From Gekko japonicus (taxonomy: Eukaryota): a DNA stretch of 64,000 nucleotides. The notes beneath the pieces were generated by a model. That model did no database searches and had not been told where the DNA came from. It saw only the letters and a program-made list of their open reading frames with translations. Positions 12,201-24,900 of this stretch are shown here, piece after piece. The stretch lies in contig NW_015170891.1 of NCBI RefSeq assembly GCF_001447785.1, positions 171,427 through 235,426 on the forward strand, written 5' to 3'. How positions within the stretch are numbered: the stretch's first letter is position 1; every line of letters begins with the position of its first letter. Both the position numbers and the translations under genes were made by a program.

Positions 12201-15068
12201 AGTTTACTATATCACAACCATGTGAATCTGATCGTGTTCCTGAAGATCAGAGGAGGGCAAACAAATGCCATATCAAGTCTGCTTGTACGTCTATGCAATC
12301 ATACTTGGGAGCAAGTCTTATTGAATTTATTGAGGTTTCTTTCCAAGAAAATGAGCATCCAATCCTGGACATAGTAGATTAAATGTTGTCCATCCTTGCT
12401 CTAGGTGGCATTGTTTAGCCAAGTAACTGAGGTTCATAATCATTAGAGCTCAATTCCTATGTCTAAGAGTTCTCACATACAGTTTGGCCAAATTAAACAA
12501 GACAGGTATTGTAACCCTCAAATATTTTCCCAAGCCAGATGGTGAGATTGAAATGCCTGTATTTTGTATTTGTGCAGGCATTTGACTTTCTTAATACTTA
12601 TGCTAAATTCATGTACAGCTGAATGAGTGACAGAAATCTCACACTTATTCAGGTGCTTGTCCTGTAAAGTGAATGTGCATGGGTTCTTCCTTACAAATTA
12701 GACGGAAGCACATACATGCATGATGTGTCTTCACCGTCACATGGAATAGTGCCACTGTATTCAGGGATAAGAAGCAATCGTAGCTGAAAGTGAACTGCTG
12801 GCTGATGGAAGGAGGCCGAAGGATTATCTCCTTTCGAAAGCAGACAGAGCACATCACATTCCCACATGCTATTCCAAGCCAAACAACAACAACAAAACCA
12901 ACTCCCCACCACTAAGCAGTAAACCTTTCGGAAGGAAAAGAACTAGGAAGTATTGGATTGTACAGCCAAAGTGCTGGATGCTTTGTAATCAGTGTTGTCC
13001 AAGATAAATTAATATGCCATTTATCAAAACATGCTTTTTACCCTCAAGCACACACTTGAAGCGTGGAACAGAAGTGAAAACTCCATTGACAGCAACTCTG
13101 AGCATGGTCTGCTGATTAAACAATTGAAACCAAGGCATGATTTAAAGCTAATGCTAGCAAGGCAAAAGAACTCACCAATGTGACTTTGCCCTCACACCAG
13201 ATCTCATTTAAACTGGGCAGCCACATATGTAAAGTAGCTACTCCTGCAGAAACTGGTAGACCTGGCACATGTGGTATTAGAGTGCTAATTAAACCTGCTT
13301 TACATGGGGACCATCCCAGTTTAAAGTCTCATGGAGGGGGGGGGGGTTTGCCTTGCCAGCATCATGTTTAAATTAGGCTTAACCCAGGCATCCAAAGATG
13401 GCAACACTGAACAAGAGCTTTTGGGCTAATAGACATATTGCTTTGGTAATACTGGAGTGAAATCTGGGGTGTGTGGGCTGCATGTAAATTTCATGAGCTT
13501 GGCTAAGGCCTGTTGTGCTTGTGCATTCCCCTCTCTCCTTCCCTTGCATGCAGAGTGGGATGGAAAGCCTCCTGGTTTGGGAAGCTTTCCATTTGCCGTG
13601 ACATCTGAATTCGAGCACGTGGGCCAACAACTCCAGTTGGAGTCCTTCCTACAAATTGGAATTCAAAATCCATGTTTTAATCCTGCTAATAAAGTCCTGG
13701 CTTGTGGGAAAGACACAAATTTCACTTAGCCCAGGGGCCTGCATTCCGTATCATAGTTAATTGGAAGTTTACTGATGGCAAAAGAGTTCCATTTCCCTTG
13801 TGCCATGCAAGGGGAAAGAGGAGGAGTGAGGCAGTGCCCAAGCCTAGCGACAAGTCAAGTTCAAGCCTACTGCAAACAAATCATGGTTTGTCTGTGACAT
13901 CTGAGTAATGCCCTGAATTAATCAGCCTCCCCACAAGTACAGACTCTGCATGACCTTGGAAAAAGTCACTCTTTCTTCATTTCAGTTGCCTACCTGTAAA
14001 ATAACATTGACCTGCCTCATCATGGGGATGCTGAGAAGGCATATATATATATATAATAAAGATGATAAACCACTTTGCAAAATAAGAGTGCCATGTTTGT
14101 GATAAGTGGTCAACTCACATTAGAAATAACATCCTAATGATAATAACACTTCACCAATGAACTCAATAATGGGATGGGGGAGCTCTCCCTCATAAGAGGT
14201 GTTTGGACAGAGGCTGTACAGTCCTTTGTTGGGGGACGCTCTAGCTTTGAATTTCTTGCATTGAACAGGAAGTTAGCCTATCCCAACTCTGTGATTCTGT
14301 TCTTACAATACAATTGTGTCTTTTGCAGAAAGCCATGGCTCAGTGGCAGAGCACTTTCTTTCGATAAAAAAGACCCAGTTTCAGTTGAAGGACTTCGGGT
14401 TGCAAGAGCTGAGAAAACCTTATGCTGTGGAGAGCTGCTGCCAGTCAGAGTAAACGATTGCTGGGCTAGATGGACCAGTGGTCTGACTTAGAATAAGACA
14501 GCTTCATGTGGACCTTTCAGTACTCCTATTGCATTGGCTCCACTTGACTTGAAACAAGCAGGACTTACTTCATTTGCATGATTTGAAAAGGTACTGCATT
14601 TAACACTTTTAACATTTTTAATTTAACATTTAACACATTTAACACAGTAGGAGCAGTGGAATCTGCCAGTGCAGATGTAGGAACTCCCATCACCTCTGAA
14701 AGATGGTTGGAGTTGTGTAAGACCTTGCCTCAAGGGCCATACATCTCATGTAATCTCCAGTGTAACAGTAACTGGTCTTCCCAGGTGACCATCCTTCAGA
14801 TGCTCACTTCACCTTCAGCTCCACTGTAAGGCTACCTATGCAGAGAGATCCATGTTAGAAGAACACTCCAACATCAGGAACAGCCCACTTCTGAGTACCC
14901 ACGTTTTCAGAGGCACTCAGTGGGCTAGGAGATAGCCAGCAATTATTCTGAGCTGCTTCTAGTGTCACACTAAGAATAGATTCTGTAGCAACACCAGCTT
15001 GGGACCGACACAGATGCTATGGTCAAGTTTCTTCTACAGACTGCAATTCATTCTGGGTACAAGTCCTT

Positions 15069-16372
15069 GACAACCACGACGGTATAATCACTGACCTCGA
15101 GCCAGACATCCTGCAATGTGAAGTGAAATGGGCCTTAGAAAGCATTGCTAACAACAAAGCTAGTGGAGGTGATGGTATCCCAGCTGAGCTATTCAAAGTC
15201 TTAGAAGATGATGCTGTTAAAGTGCTGCACTCAATTTGCCAGCAAATTTGGAAAACACAACAGTGGCCACAGGATTGGAAAAGGTCAGTATACATTCCAA
15301 TCCCAAAGAAGGGCAATGCCAAGGAATGTTCAAACTGTCGCACAATTGCACTCATATCACACGCTAGCAAGGTCATGCTCAAGATCCTACAAGCTAGGCT
15401 TCAACAGTACGTGGATAGAGAACTGCCAGAAGTACAAGCTGGGTTTCGAAGAGGTAGAGGAACTAGAGATCAAATTGCCAACATTCGCTGGATTATGGAG
15501 AAAGCAAGAGAGTACCAGAAAAACATCTACTTCTGCTTCATTGACTATGCTAAAGCTTTTGACTGTGTGGATCACAACAAACTATGGCAGGTCCTTAAAG
15601 AGATGGGAGTACCAGACCACCTCACATGTCTCCTGAGAAACCTGTATAAGGGCCAAGAAGCAACAGTTAGAACCGGATATGGAACAACTGATTGGTTTAG
15701 CATAGGAAAAGGAGTACGACAAGGATGTATATTGTCACCTTGCTTATTTAATATATATGCAGAGTACATCATGCGAAATGCTGGCCTGGATGAATCACAA
15801 GCGGGAATTAAGATTGCTGGGGAAAAGATCAACAACCTCAGATATGCAGATGATACCACTCTAATGGCTGAAAGTGAAAAGGATCTAAAGAGCCTCTTGC
15901 TCAGAGTAAAAGAGGAGAGCGCAAAAGTGGGCTTGAAGCTCAACATCAAAAAAACTAAGATCATGGCATCCGGCCCCATCACTCCTTGGCAAATAGAAGG
16001 GGAAGTCGTGGAAGTAGTGACAGACTTCACGTTCCTGGGATCCCAGATCACCGCAGACTGTGACTGCAGCCATGAAATTAAAAGACGCCTGCTCCTTGGG
16101 AGGAAAGCGATGGCGAACCTAAACAGCATGATAAAAAGTAGAGACATCACCCTGCCAACAAAAGTCCGCATGGTCAAAGCAATGGTATTCCCAGTAGTCA
16201 TGTATGGCTGCGAGAGTTGGACTATAAGGAAGGCCGAGCGCCGAAGAATAGATTCTTTTGAACTATGGTGCTGGAGAAGACTCTTGAGAGTCCCTTGGAC
16301 TGCAAGAAGATGGTCCATGGGGTCGCGAAGAGTCAGACTCGACTGTGCGACTGAACAACAACAACAACAACA
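15069..16372 (+). mobile_element. RTE-BovB LINE, 5'-truncated, open RT domain, internal deletion near the 3' end
   Basis: ORF 15123-16412 with FIDYAKAFD, GVRQGCILSP, LRYADD; (CAA)n tail; TSD ACAAGTCCTT at 15059-15068 and 16373-16382. Confidence 0.96.
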
Positions 16373-16645
16373 ACAAGTCCTTTTTGTTATCAAGGGAAGA
16401 AGCAAAGAGTAAGTAGCAATTCTACCTGTCCACACCACCTGCATCTCTCTATTTTCATCTGCAAGGCATGCTTACAGACCTGTAATTGTTTAAAGAGAAA
16501 CTTTGGAAATGTTGGAAGACCATAAAATATCTCTCTCGATATATTGCACTGGTTTATGGCTTGCCTAGAAACTGGAAGTTCTTTGGATGATAACAGTATG
16601 AGACTGTTTTCTGGTGCAGTGGTTTGGGCTGTCTCAAAGCAGCTC

Positions 16646-16701
<56 letters not shown>

Positions 16702-16702
16702 G
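16646..16702. repeat. (GTCT)n microsatellite
   Basis: About 14 perfect GTCT units. Confidence 0.95.
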
Positions 16703-17537
16703 ACTTATATCCCACCCTATCCCATGATGGGCTCAGGTCAGCAGTCAGCTCACATTGTAGAACCCCGAAGGCAAAGCAGAATATGGTTTCACCAGGCAAC
16801 AGTACAAGGAAAGATTTTATTACACTTGATTCGAGGAAACAGTATCAACACCAACCATTTCTTTCACTCACACACACATTAAAAAGTCAGCAATATGTGT
16901 GCAAGGCAAGTTCAGAAGAGTCAGAAATTATGGTAGCAAGCTGATTATGTGAAAGAGCACATTCAGACTAATCAAAGAACTACTGAGATAGCAATTGAAA
17001 ATATGGCTGGCTCAAACCATAAAAGCACTCCAGAATTATTTTTCCAACTATTGCCAGTCAGATGCTTGTGGGAAGCCCACAAACAGTGGGGATAACTAAC
17101 CAAAACCCAACCTTAATCACCTTTATTCTTTAATATAGTTAATAAAAGCAATCCAACTGCAATATTTGGTAACAACAAGAAAGTTTGGACCTAACTATTA
17201 CTCTGGCAATTCACTCTTTCAGTTCCCAGGGCAGAGACAGGGAGAGAGTGACTTAGCAGACATGCACCTAATGGAGATGTCTCAGAAACTGAACAGTTTG
17301 CCTGCTCCTGAGCAGGCTTGCCCCCAGGTGGCATCTCTGTACACAGCATTTCTACTTTCTGCCCCACTGCACAGTCTCAGTGGTTTGAGGAAGGCTTTCA
17401 GATTCTATAGAAGCTCAAGTCCTGTGTTTGTGTGAACTATTTCATTATCAGGGACTGCACCTGCTAGGCAAGTGCAAAACTTTGCTTATACCTTTTGGCA
17501 GACAGCGCTGTACAGTTAGGGAAGAGACAAGAGGTTT

Positions 17538-18380
17538 CAGGCCTCAGTTCCTGACGGAGCACACCGGAGCACCACTCCGCCAATCAGGAGCCCAAGGGGC
17601 GGGCACATAAGCCCCACCCCCTGCTCCCACCAGCCATCAGTTGGGACACGGTGGGGGGGCGAAATGTTCACCCGCCTCCCTGAGCCCAGGGTGGTGGTGG
17701 CCTTGGACTCGTAGGGGCAAATTCCACCTCTCACGCGAGAGGTCATTCTGGCTCCCCCAGCTCTCTTTCCCGGCTCCTTAAAAAGTTATGGCGGCAGCTG
17801 CGACACCCGCGCGCACGGGGGGAGGGGAGGAGCGAAACATTCCCTTGCCTCCCTGAGCCCCGGTGGCCTTGGACTCGTTGGGGCAAATTCAACCTCTCGC
17901 GTTGCTGCTCGGACATCACACGCAAGAAATCATTCTAGCTCCCCCAGCCGTCGTCGCTGTTCTCGGCGCGGGGGGGAGGGGAGGGGCAAAACGTTCCCTT
18001 GCCTCCCTGAGTCCTGGGGTGGTGGCCTTGGACTCATAAGGGCAAATTCCACCTCTCGCGTGTGATGTCGGAGCGTTGTCTGGCCTCTGCATTCCTTTAA
18101 CGAGGCAGCCCTGAAGCTTGGGGCGGCGGGAGTTTCTTTGCATGCAGCTTGTGCGGCTGGCTTAGTGCCTCTTCTGCTTGCCCACCTCTCGCCTCTGCAC
18201 CTCATCTTCTGCCAGGCATGGAGGAACCCAGCTCGTCCAGGCTTCTTGCCTCCTGATGCCTTGGCCCTCTGGTGCACGGGTGAGTCCCCAAAGTTTGACT
18301 CTTCCTCTACAAGTCTCTGGCGCTGGAGGTATTCGCCTCCTTCCCTCCTGCCTGCTATGGCTGCATAATTGTGAGAGATT
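17538..18380. repeat. GC-rich element with three diverged 155-175-bp tandem units, probably a non-autonomous DNA transposon interior
   Basis: Unit GCCTCCCTGAG..GGTGGCCTTGGACTC..GGGCAAATTCCACCTCTC at 17674, 17847 and 18001. Confidence 0.6.
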
Positions 18381-19009
18381 TCTTAACATAGTGTTCCTGC
18401 CAGGGAAGCTGGGGACCCTGCCCATGAGTCTCCATTTCATCCTCACAACAACCCTGTGGGGTAGGTTAGGTAGAGAAGGGGAGATTTGGCCCATGGTCAC
18501 TCAGCCAGCAGAGTGAGAATACAAACCTGGGTCTCCCCACATCAATCTGCAACTCTGACCACTGTGCAGTGCTGCCTTTACTGATCTGTAATGTTCCAGA
18601 GGTGTTGTAATGTAATACTCAGTTTCTCAAACGAGTGTATGCCTGTCTGTTGGTCCACTTAGGAAATTTGATCCTGGTTGTGTGGTGGGCTAGTTGTGGC
18701 AAATGGTAGGGAAGCTCAGTATTTCTGTATACAGTTGTAGGGACTTTATTGCAATGTGCTATGGCCTGATATTATGTTCTTATTCCAGTGTGGGGTGTGT
18801 GTGGGGCAATGGAAGCTGAGTGATAGGGTCTCTCCAAGTGATTGCCAGAAGTGAGATGCGTCCTGGTCTTGTGTCTTACAGATAATCTTACAAATAGTCC
18901 TTTGCATTTATATCATGCTTTCAACTTTAAAAGGATCATAATGCTGATTGTGTGAACTTAGGCAAATCACGAGAGGTAGAGCAGGAAGGGTTGCATCAGT
19001 GCTTAGTTC

Positions 19010-19251
19010 TTGTGGCCCTTTCTTACATGCCCAGGGAAATGCTGATCGCCGCTTTGGGGCCAGGAAGCAATTTTTCTCCAGGCTAGTTTGGCCCCCAGTG
19101 ATCCTGGAGGTTTTTTTTTTTATCATATTCTGGGCGTGGAACAGGGGTCATTGGGGTGTGTGGGGGTATTGGTGAATTTCCTGCATTGCGCAGGAGGCTG
19201 GACTAGGTGACCCTGGAGGTCCCTTCCCACTCTATGAGTCTATGATTCTAT
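19010..19251 (+). mobile_element. CR1 LINE 3' end
   Basis: GGACTAGGTGACCCTGGAGGTCCCTTCCCACTCTATGAGTCTATGATTCTAT terminal motif; another decayed CR1 end near 14170-14300. Confidence 0.8.
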
Positions 19252-19829
19252 AATTCACCCAGGCTGGCTGTGGGCATGCCAGCACTTCTGTCAGGCAGAA
19301 GCACCTGAGATCCTCCCCCTTCCCTTTTCCTTCACCCAACTTGGAGGTGAAGGGAAGGGAGAGGGGGGAAAGAATGGATCCCAGGTGCTTCTGCCTGTCA
19401 GAGGGGCTGGTACACACTTCTGGTGATGTCAGGGGGTGTGGCATATGCTAATAAGTTATGCTAATGAGCTCCTGAAGCTCTTTTTCTACGAAATGACCCC
19501 TGGGTTTCATGTTTTGCCCTCCCCTCAGTGACAGGCAGTGAGTGGTAGAAACAGGGACTAAGGCTCCCCCCTCAGTAAACGCATATCTAGGCAGTGTGAT
19601 GTAGTCAACTAGGTGTTGTACTTGGGAGACCCCTCTGCCCCTGGGCCCAAAGCATGGAGGAAGGAAGCTTGGAGGAAGGGTGGGATTAATGTGGCAAGTA
19701 GATAAATCAGAGATTAGGAGGAAGCAAAACCCTGCCACCTCCCATGGCTTACTTTGGGTCTCCACTGGGGAGAAAGATGGGGTATAAATGAAGCATATAA
19801 ATAATGAATAGCTAAATAACTTCAGTGCT

Positions 19830-20716
19830 TGAAGTATTCCAGCCCGACAGGCAGATGGCATAGCCATTCTGCCAGGGGCCGCCTTTGCCGCCATTGAAGG
19901 AGGAAGGGGCAGCACGTAGGCTGGGGTCAGCTACGTGTCTCACGTGGGGGCGGAGCTGGCGGATTAAAAAGCCGGCTTCACACCCGACTAAGCAGTTCTT
20001 TGAACTACCTTGGGGACTGCATGGATCGATCGGCCGCTTAAGTTCTACGACTTGGGGCTGGATCTCCAGGGCATGTCTTTCGTTGTGCCCGCCAGTGGGG
20101 AGCCACACAGGTTGGCTCAAGCTGGGGGGGGTGGTGGCTCCACATCCTACGACTGGGGAAGGGTCAACACTGACCCTTGGCCCGGATCGCGCCGCTTCAC
20201 ATATTTGCCCTTGCCGTTATTTTCAACTGTGGATTAAATAAAGTGGCCCATAGTTTATCCCACTTTCTGTGTCTGACTCTTTATTCCGAGTATGGGGGCC
20301 AGGGCTATTTTTGGGCAGGAACGCACAGGAACGGAGTTCCAGCTGGCTTCTAAGTTGGCCACACCCAGGAGGAACGCATTAGCATAATAGGCCACACCCA
20401 ACAGCAGAAACTCATTAGGATTGGCTACATTAGGGGTGTGTGGCCTAACATGCAAAGGAGTTCCTGCTACAAAAAAGTCCTGGGTTTGAACAACAAACAA
20501 GGTAAACAGAATAAGAAGCAAAAGGTGGGTGTGGCTGGATGAGCACACGTCTGGTAACATGGGGTGTGGCCTAATACGCCAATGAGCTGTGCTGTCAGGG
20601 GCATGGCCTAATATGTTAATGAGTTCCTGCTGTTGGGCGTGGCCTATTATGCTACTGAGTTCCTGCTGGGCTTTTTCTACAAAAAAAGCCCTGATGGGGG
20701 CAATTGTTTCTGGCCA
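19830..20716 (+). mobile_element. Solo LTR with a hAT MITE nested near its 3' end
   Basis: TG...CA termini flanked by TGCT (19826-19829, 20717-20720); CpG-rich; ATTAAAA box at about 19963 and AATAAA at about 20237. Confidence 0.7.
20300..20693. mobile_element. hAT MITE
   Basis: TIRs CAGGGCTATTTTTG / CAAAAAAAGCCCTG; 8-bp TSD ATGGGGGC at 20292-20299 and 20694-20701; internal repeats TAGGCCACACCC. Confidence 0.9.
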
Positions 20717-21552
20717 TGCTCTAATACTAAAAGTCAACCTGGCTGGGAGAAATGTGCTTCAAGGGCTGGATATAGGGTGCTTGCCCACACATTTCACTTT
20801 TATTCAAAAAATAGATCCCTCCACCACAATCATCCCAAACTTTGGGATGCCTCAAGAGGGGGTAAAACTAATTCACACCAATGTAAAAAAACCAATTCAT
20901 GTCTCTGTATGCCTGCTGGGCAAGTGAGAATTGTAATTGCATGTTTCCCTGAAATTTGGCAAGTATGACACCTTGAGTATGGGGCACAATCCATGAGCAT
21001 ATCAATTGCATGGGGAAAAAAGAAGTTACAGGAGGAAATGCGTGTCCCAATAAAACCAATGTAAATTAATAAAGAGTAGGAAAAAAGAATCCAAACAAGA
21101 GTAATAAATACAATAAAGAAAATAGATACAAAACTTAAAGAACCAAGAAAAACAGGTAAAATCTCAATGTGTATCCCTAACAGGAAGCACATACAAGCAA
21201 CAGCCCCTTTAATCTCCAGCTTCTGGTATTCAACGGTAGACTGACACTGAACCTGGAGGTTCCATTTAGCTATCACAGCTAATAGCTGATGAGAGACCTC
21301 TCCTGCAGGAATTGCCTTTGATAAAACTTTTATAACAGCTCTGCTAGAGACTAGTATTTTTACATGTTCATAGGGGTGAGGAAACAGAAGACCATATGAA
21401 CTGTATATCAGGAGGGCTCCCCCCCATTTTGCAGTACTGTTTGTAACCATTTTCAAGGGATCTGGAAAACATGAGCCTGCTGGTCACCTAGAAAAGTCTA
21501 CAGAAGGGGATACATCTGATGGGCTTTGGTCCATTAAATCGTCTGCTGCAAT

Positions 21553-21974
21553 CAAGGTTGGGTTTTTTTAGAAAAAGCCCAGCAGGAACTCATTAGCATA
21601 ATAGGCCACACCCAACAGCAGAAACTCATTAGCGTATTAGGCCACACCCCTGACAGCATAGCTCATTAGCATATTAGGTCACACCCCAAGCCTTCCCTTT
21701 GCTTGCCTGGGTGCCCGTGGCTGCAGGGAGCCCAGGCAAGCCCCCCCTTGAAGGGAAAGCAAGCCGGCCCTTGGACAGGCCGGGGAGGCATTTAAATGCC
21801 TCCCTGATCCTTCCAGGGCCCCCCAACCCCCCGCCCCTGAGTTGCCGGGGGGTTCACTCTCCAGGCCTTCCCTCTGTAGCAACGCATGCAGAGGTTTTGG
21901 CTGTAGTGGGCGTGGCCAACTCTGAAGCAAGCGAAAACTCCTTTCCTGTGCGTTCCTGGCCAAAAACAGCCCTG
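21553..21974. mobile_element. hAT MITE, same terminal family as 20300-20693, opposite orientation, different interior
   Basis: Shared GGAACTCATTAGCATA..TAGGCCACACCC repeats; right TIR AAAACAGCCCTG; decayed TSD GCTGCAAT/GCCACAAT. Confidence 0.8.
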
Positions 21975-24900
21975 GCCACAATACATGTTAGCCTCTAAGG
22001 TGTCACATGTCTCTTTTTAGGTTTGGCTGTAACAGACTAACAGGGCTACCCCCTTTGGAATCTACAGAAAATTATCTATTGAATAAATACTCCAAAAAAA
22101 ACAAATCCACTGCAGTATGTCCAACAAGCCTGGGAACTTGGCTTAAAAAATACTCCCTGGCAGGATACACCTGCACAGAGCTTTTCTCAGGCTTACTTCT
22201 GTTGCCATCCAACATGCATGTATCATACAGGGTTCTTCCAATCACATCATGCATACTTTGGGTCAGGTAAAGAAAGCTTAACTTGTGGGACACACACACC
22301 TAGGCACATAGCGGGAGAAAAAAAGAAAATGGATTTAAAAAACAAACACACACCTGACTAACCTACACAAACTTTCCCATCTTGTGCCCAAGACTGGATC
22401 CCAGCGCATGTTTCCTCCCTCAAGAGTCCCATATGCCTCTGGCTCTGAAACATGGACGAATCCTCTCCTTGTTCCCTTGGCAGCCTCTAATAGATTTCTT
22501 GGGGAGCCTGCAAATTATTCCCAACTTTTACTGTGCATTAGGAGTTAAATCCCTACAGGAGGGGAGGTCAGCGTGGAGGTGCTGGAGTCCACCGTCAGAC
22601 AACGCTTAGGTTACTCGTGCCCCACTTGCTAGAGGTCTAATTCAGCCAATTAGACTCTGGCTCCCTGCTTGCCATATTCCTGCTCAGGGCCATTTGTTTG
22701 TAGACCTTCCTCAGGACAAGACTTCAAGTGCTCTGAGCTCAGCAACAAGCTGGGGCCCACATGCAAGATTTATACTCAATTTTCTGCCTGAAGAGGCAAC
22801 TGTCACTCACGCCTGATCTTTAAAGATTATGCATAACCTGATGAGATGTAACAGTCAAGGTAGTTTTGGACAACTTAGACATCTCACTAAGCAGCAACAA
22901 CACACCTGCACTAGTTGCAAACCTGCCACTTCACTCAGTGTTGAAGCAACTTTATTACCATGCAATTCAGCTGGTCGCCAGCTTCCATGTTTCAGAAGCG
23001 TGCCAGTATTTAATTTAAGGTGGAAGGAAGGCATGCCAGGATCTGTCCCTATTCCCCAATACTTGGGAGGGGGGGGGTCTCCAGTAATTTCTATACATTT
23101 TGGAAAGGCAAGAATCAACTCCTTTTATTACAGTTTAATCCCACTCTTCCTCCAAAGAACTCAGAGTGGCATACACAATTTTATCCTCTCCTCCATATTA
23201 TCCTCCCAATAACCCTGTGAAGTAGGTCAGGCCAAGACAGAGTAGGTGGCCCTTGATCAACCAGTGAGCTTCTCTATTGGGTAGGGATTTGAACCCAGAT
23301 CTCCCCAGTCCTAATCTAGTACTCTGATTATTGTACTACATAGACTTTCTGCACAACAGAATACTTTGTTCTTTATTTGGTCATGATTTGGAACTCTTTA
23401 CCAGCTTTAATTGAATGCTACAGCCATTTAAAAAACCTCTAGAGAGTAAATATGCACATAAACAGTGTACAGTGAATTTTTTAAAAGATTGAATGGAGAG
23501 TAGTTTTGCAGTGTGGCAGCCATGAAGAATATTAAGGTGCATCAGAGGAAGATGTTCATGTCCATGGAGGGATGGAATACAAGAGGGTCTCATCTCTTTT
23601 ATGCCAGATCTCTTATAAGGATCTGAAACTCTTAAAGGGGTCATAATCAGAGAATAATATAGAAGCATGTTATCAACCATTAACGATTATAGTGCTGCAC
23701 GGATTAATGTTAAAACATTTATTGATACTGTACTACAAAGACTATGGCTACTGCAGATCTCTGGGTGCCATTTCTAGTGGATTTTTTTTTTTTAATCGCT
23801 AAAGGGAAATTTCTTTTCTCTATCTTTAGTGCAGCTGCTCCATACCCAGGAATGCAATTCAGCCTATGTAGAAATAATGCACTTGGGGGCCCGTTTTTAA
23901 GCTTGTCCTTATCCTATACAATTAGACACAGAGTTCTAACAATGAGATAAAAACAGCCAATGGGAAAAAATATACTTACTGAAAGTTAATTGAAAAAATT
24001 GACATAACAGTTACCTAGGCCAACTCAGGTCCACACACAGCAGAATATGGTAAAATAATTCTGAATGGAAAGAAAGGACTGTACCACTTCAGACTGCACG
24101 TGGGGCCACTCACATCTTTAATCCTCTTCCATGTAAAAACTCCCTGAAAATAAAAAGGTGGCACTTCAGGGAGAATGGAACATTGGCCTTGTTATGAGTG
24201 TTCCTTCTACTGGGAATTAAGGAAGTCACCCCAGCTAATTCCTGTCATTAGATCTGGAGGTAAAGCTACTGTCTAGCTTTATAGCTCCAAAGGTGGGAGG
24301 GAAACACCACCCAATCAGTTTGAGATTTCTGAAGCCAGAATATAAAAAAACCTCAATGAGAAAAATACTATGAAATAATTTTATCCCTGTTCAAAGAGCT
24401 GAGGGAAAGCAGCTTGTGATATACAGAAAAGAACCAAACCATATAAAGGTAGTAGGTAACCACGGGTCATTTCATAGAAAAAGAGGTGCAGGAGCTCATT
24501 AACATAACTTATTAGCATAACTTGTTTGCATATGCCACACCCCCTGACATCACCGGAAGTGTGTCAGAAGGCAACACCCACCGCTGCCTTAAGTTAGCTA
24601 TGACTTGCCGGCACTTTCCACTACCGGTTAGTCCTTAGGAAACAATTTACTGTTCCCAGCTATGAGGGCTGGACAGGCTGCATACCCCCCTTACCTCTAA
24701 GCCAAAAGAACACACATGGTAGCTCCAATATTTCAATTGCAGTCCATCCTACCACCTCAGTGCAGTACCACCTCACTCTACTGCATGTTTAGACCCAATT
24801 TAGCTGTTCTCAGGGTTCACTATGAATTTACTAGCAAGAGCCTAACAGCCCTATTTGATGTATAGAGTCTGCAAAAGAAAAGAAATACAACTTATCCTTC

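Noticed and set aside
11150-12240. Possible decayed coding exons on the minus strand (e.g. FLQYATLARFVCSG and a GPI-signal-like tail)
   Set aside because: Stops in all longer frames and no assignable homology; kept only as part of the low-confidence exon-like finding
15572-16444. 290-aa minus-strand ORF
   Set aside because: Antisense shadow of the BovB RT frame
16544-16944. ORFs with CLSV/RQTD repeats
   Set aside because: Translation of the (GTCT)n microsatellite
20830-21456. 208-aa hydrophobic ORF resembling a membrane protein
   Set aside because: Hydrophobicity comes from a T-rich strand; it runs through repeat-derived sequence and has no family motif or splice support
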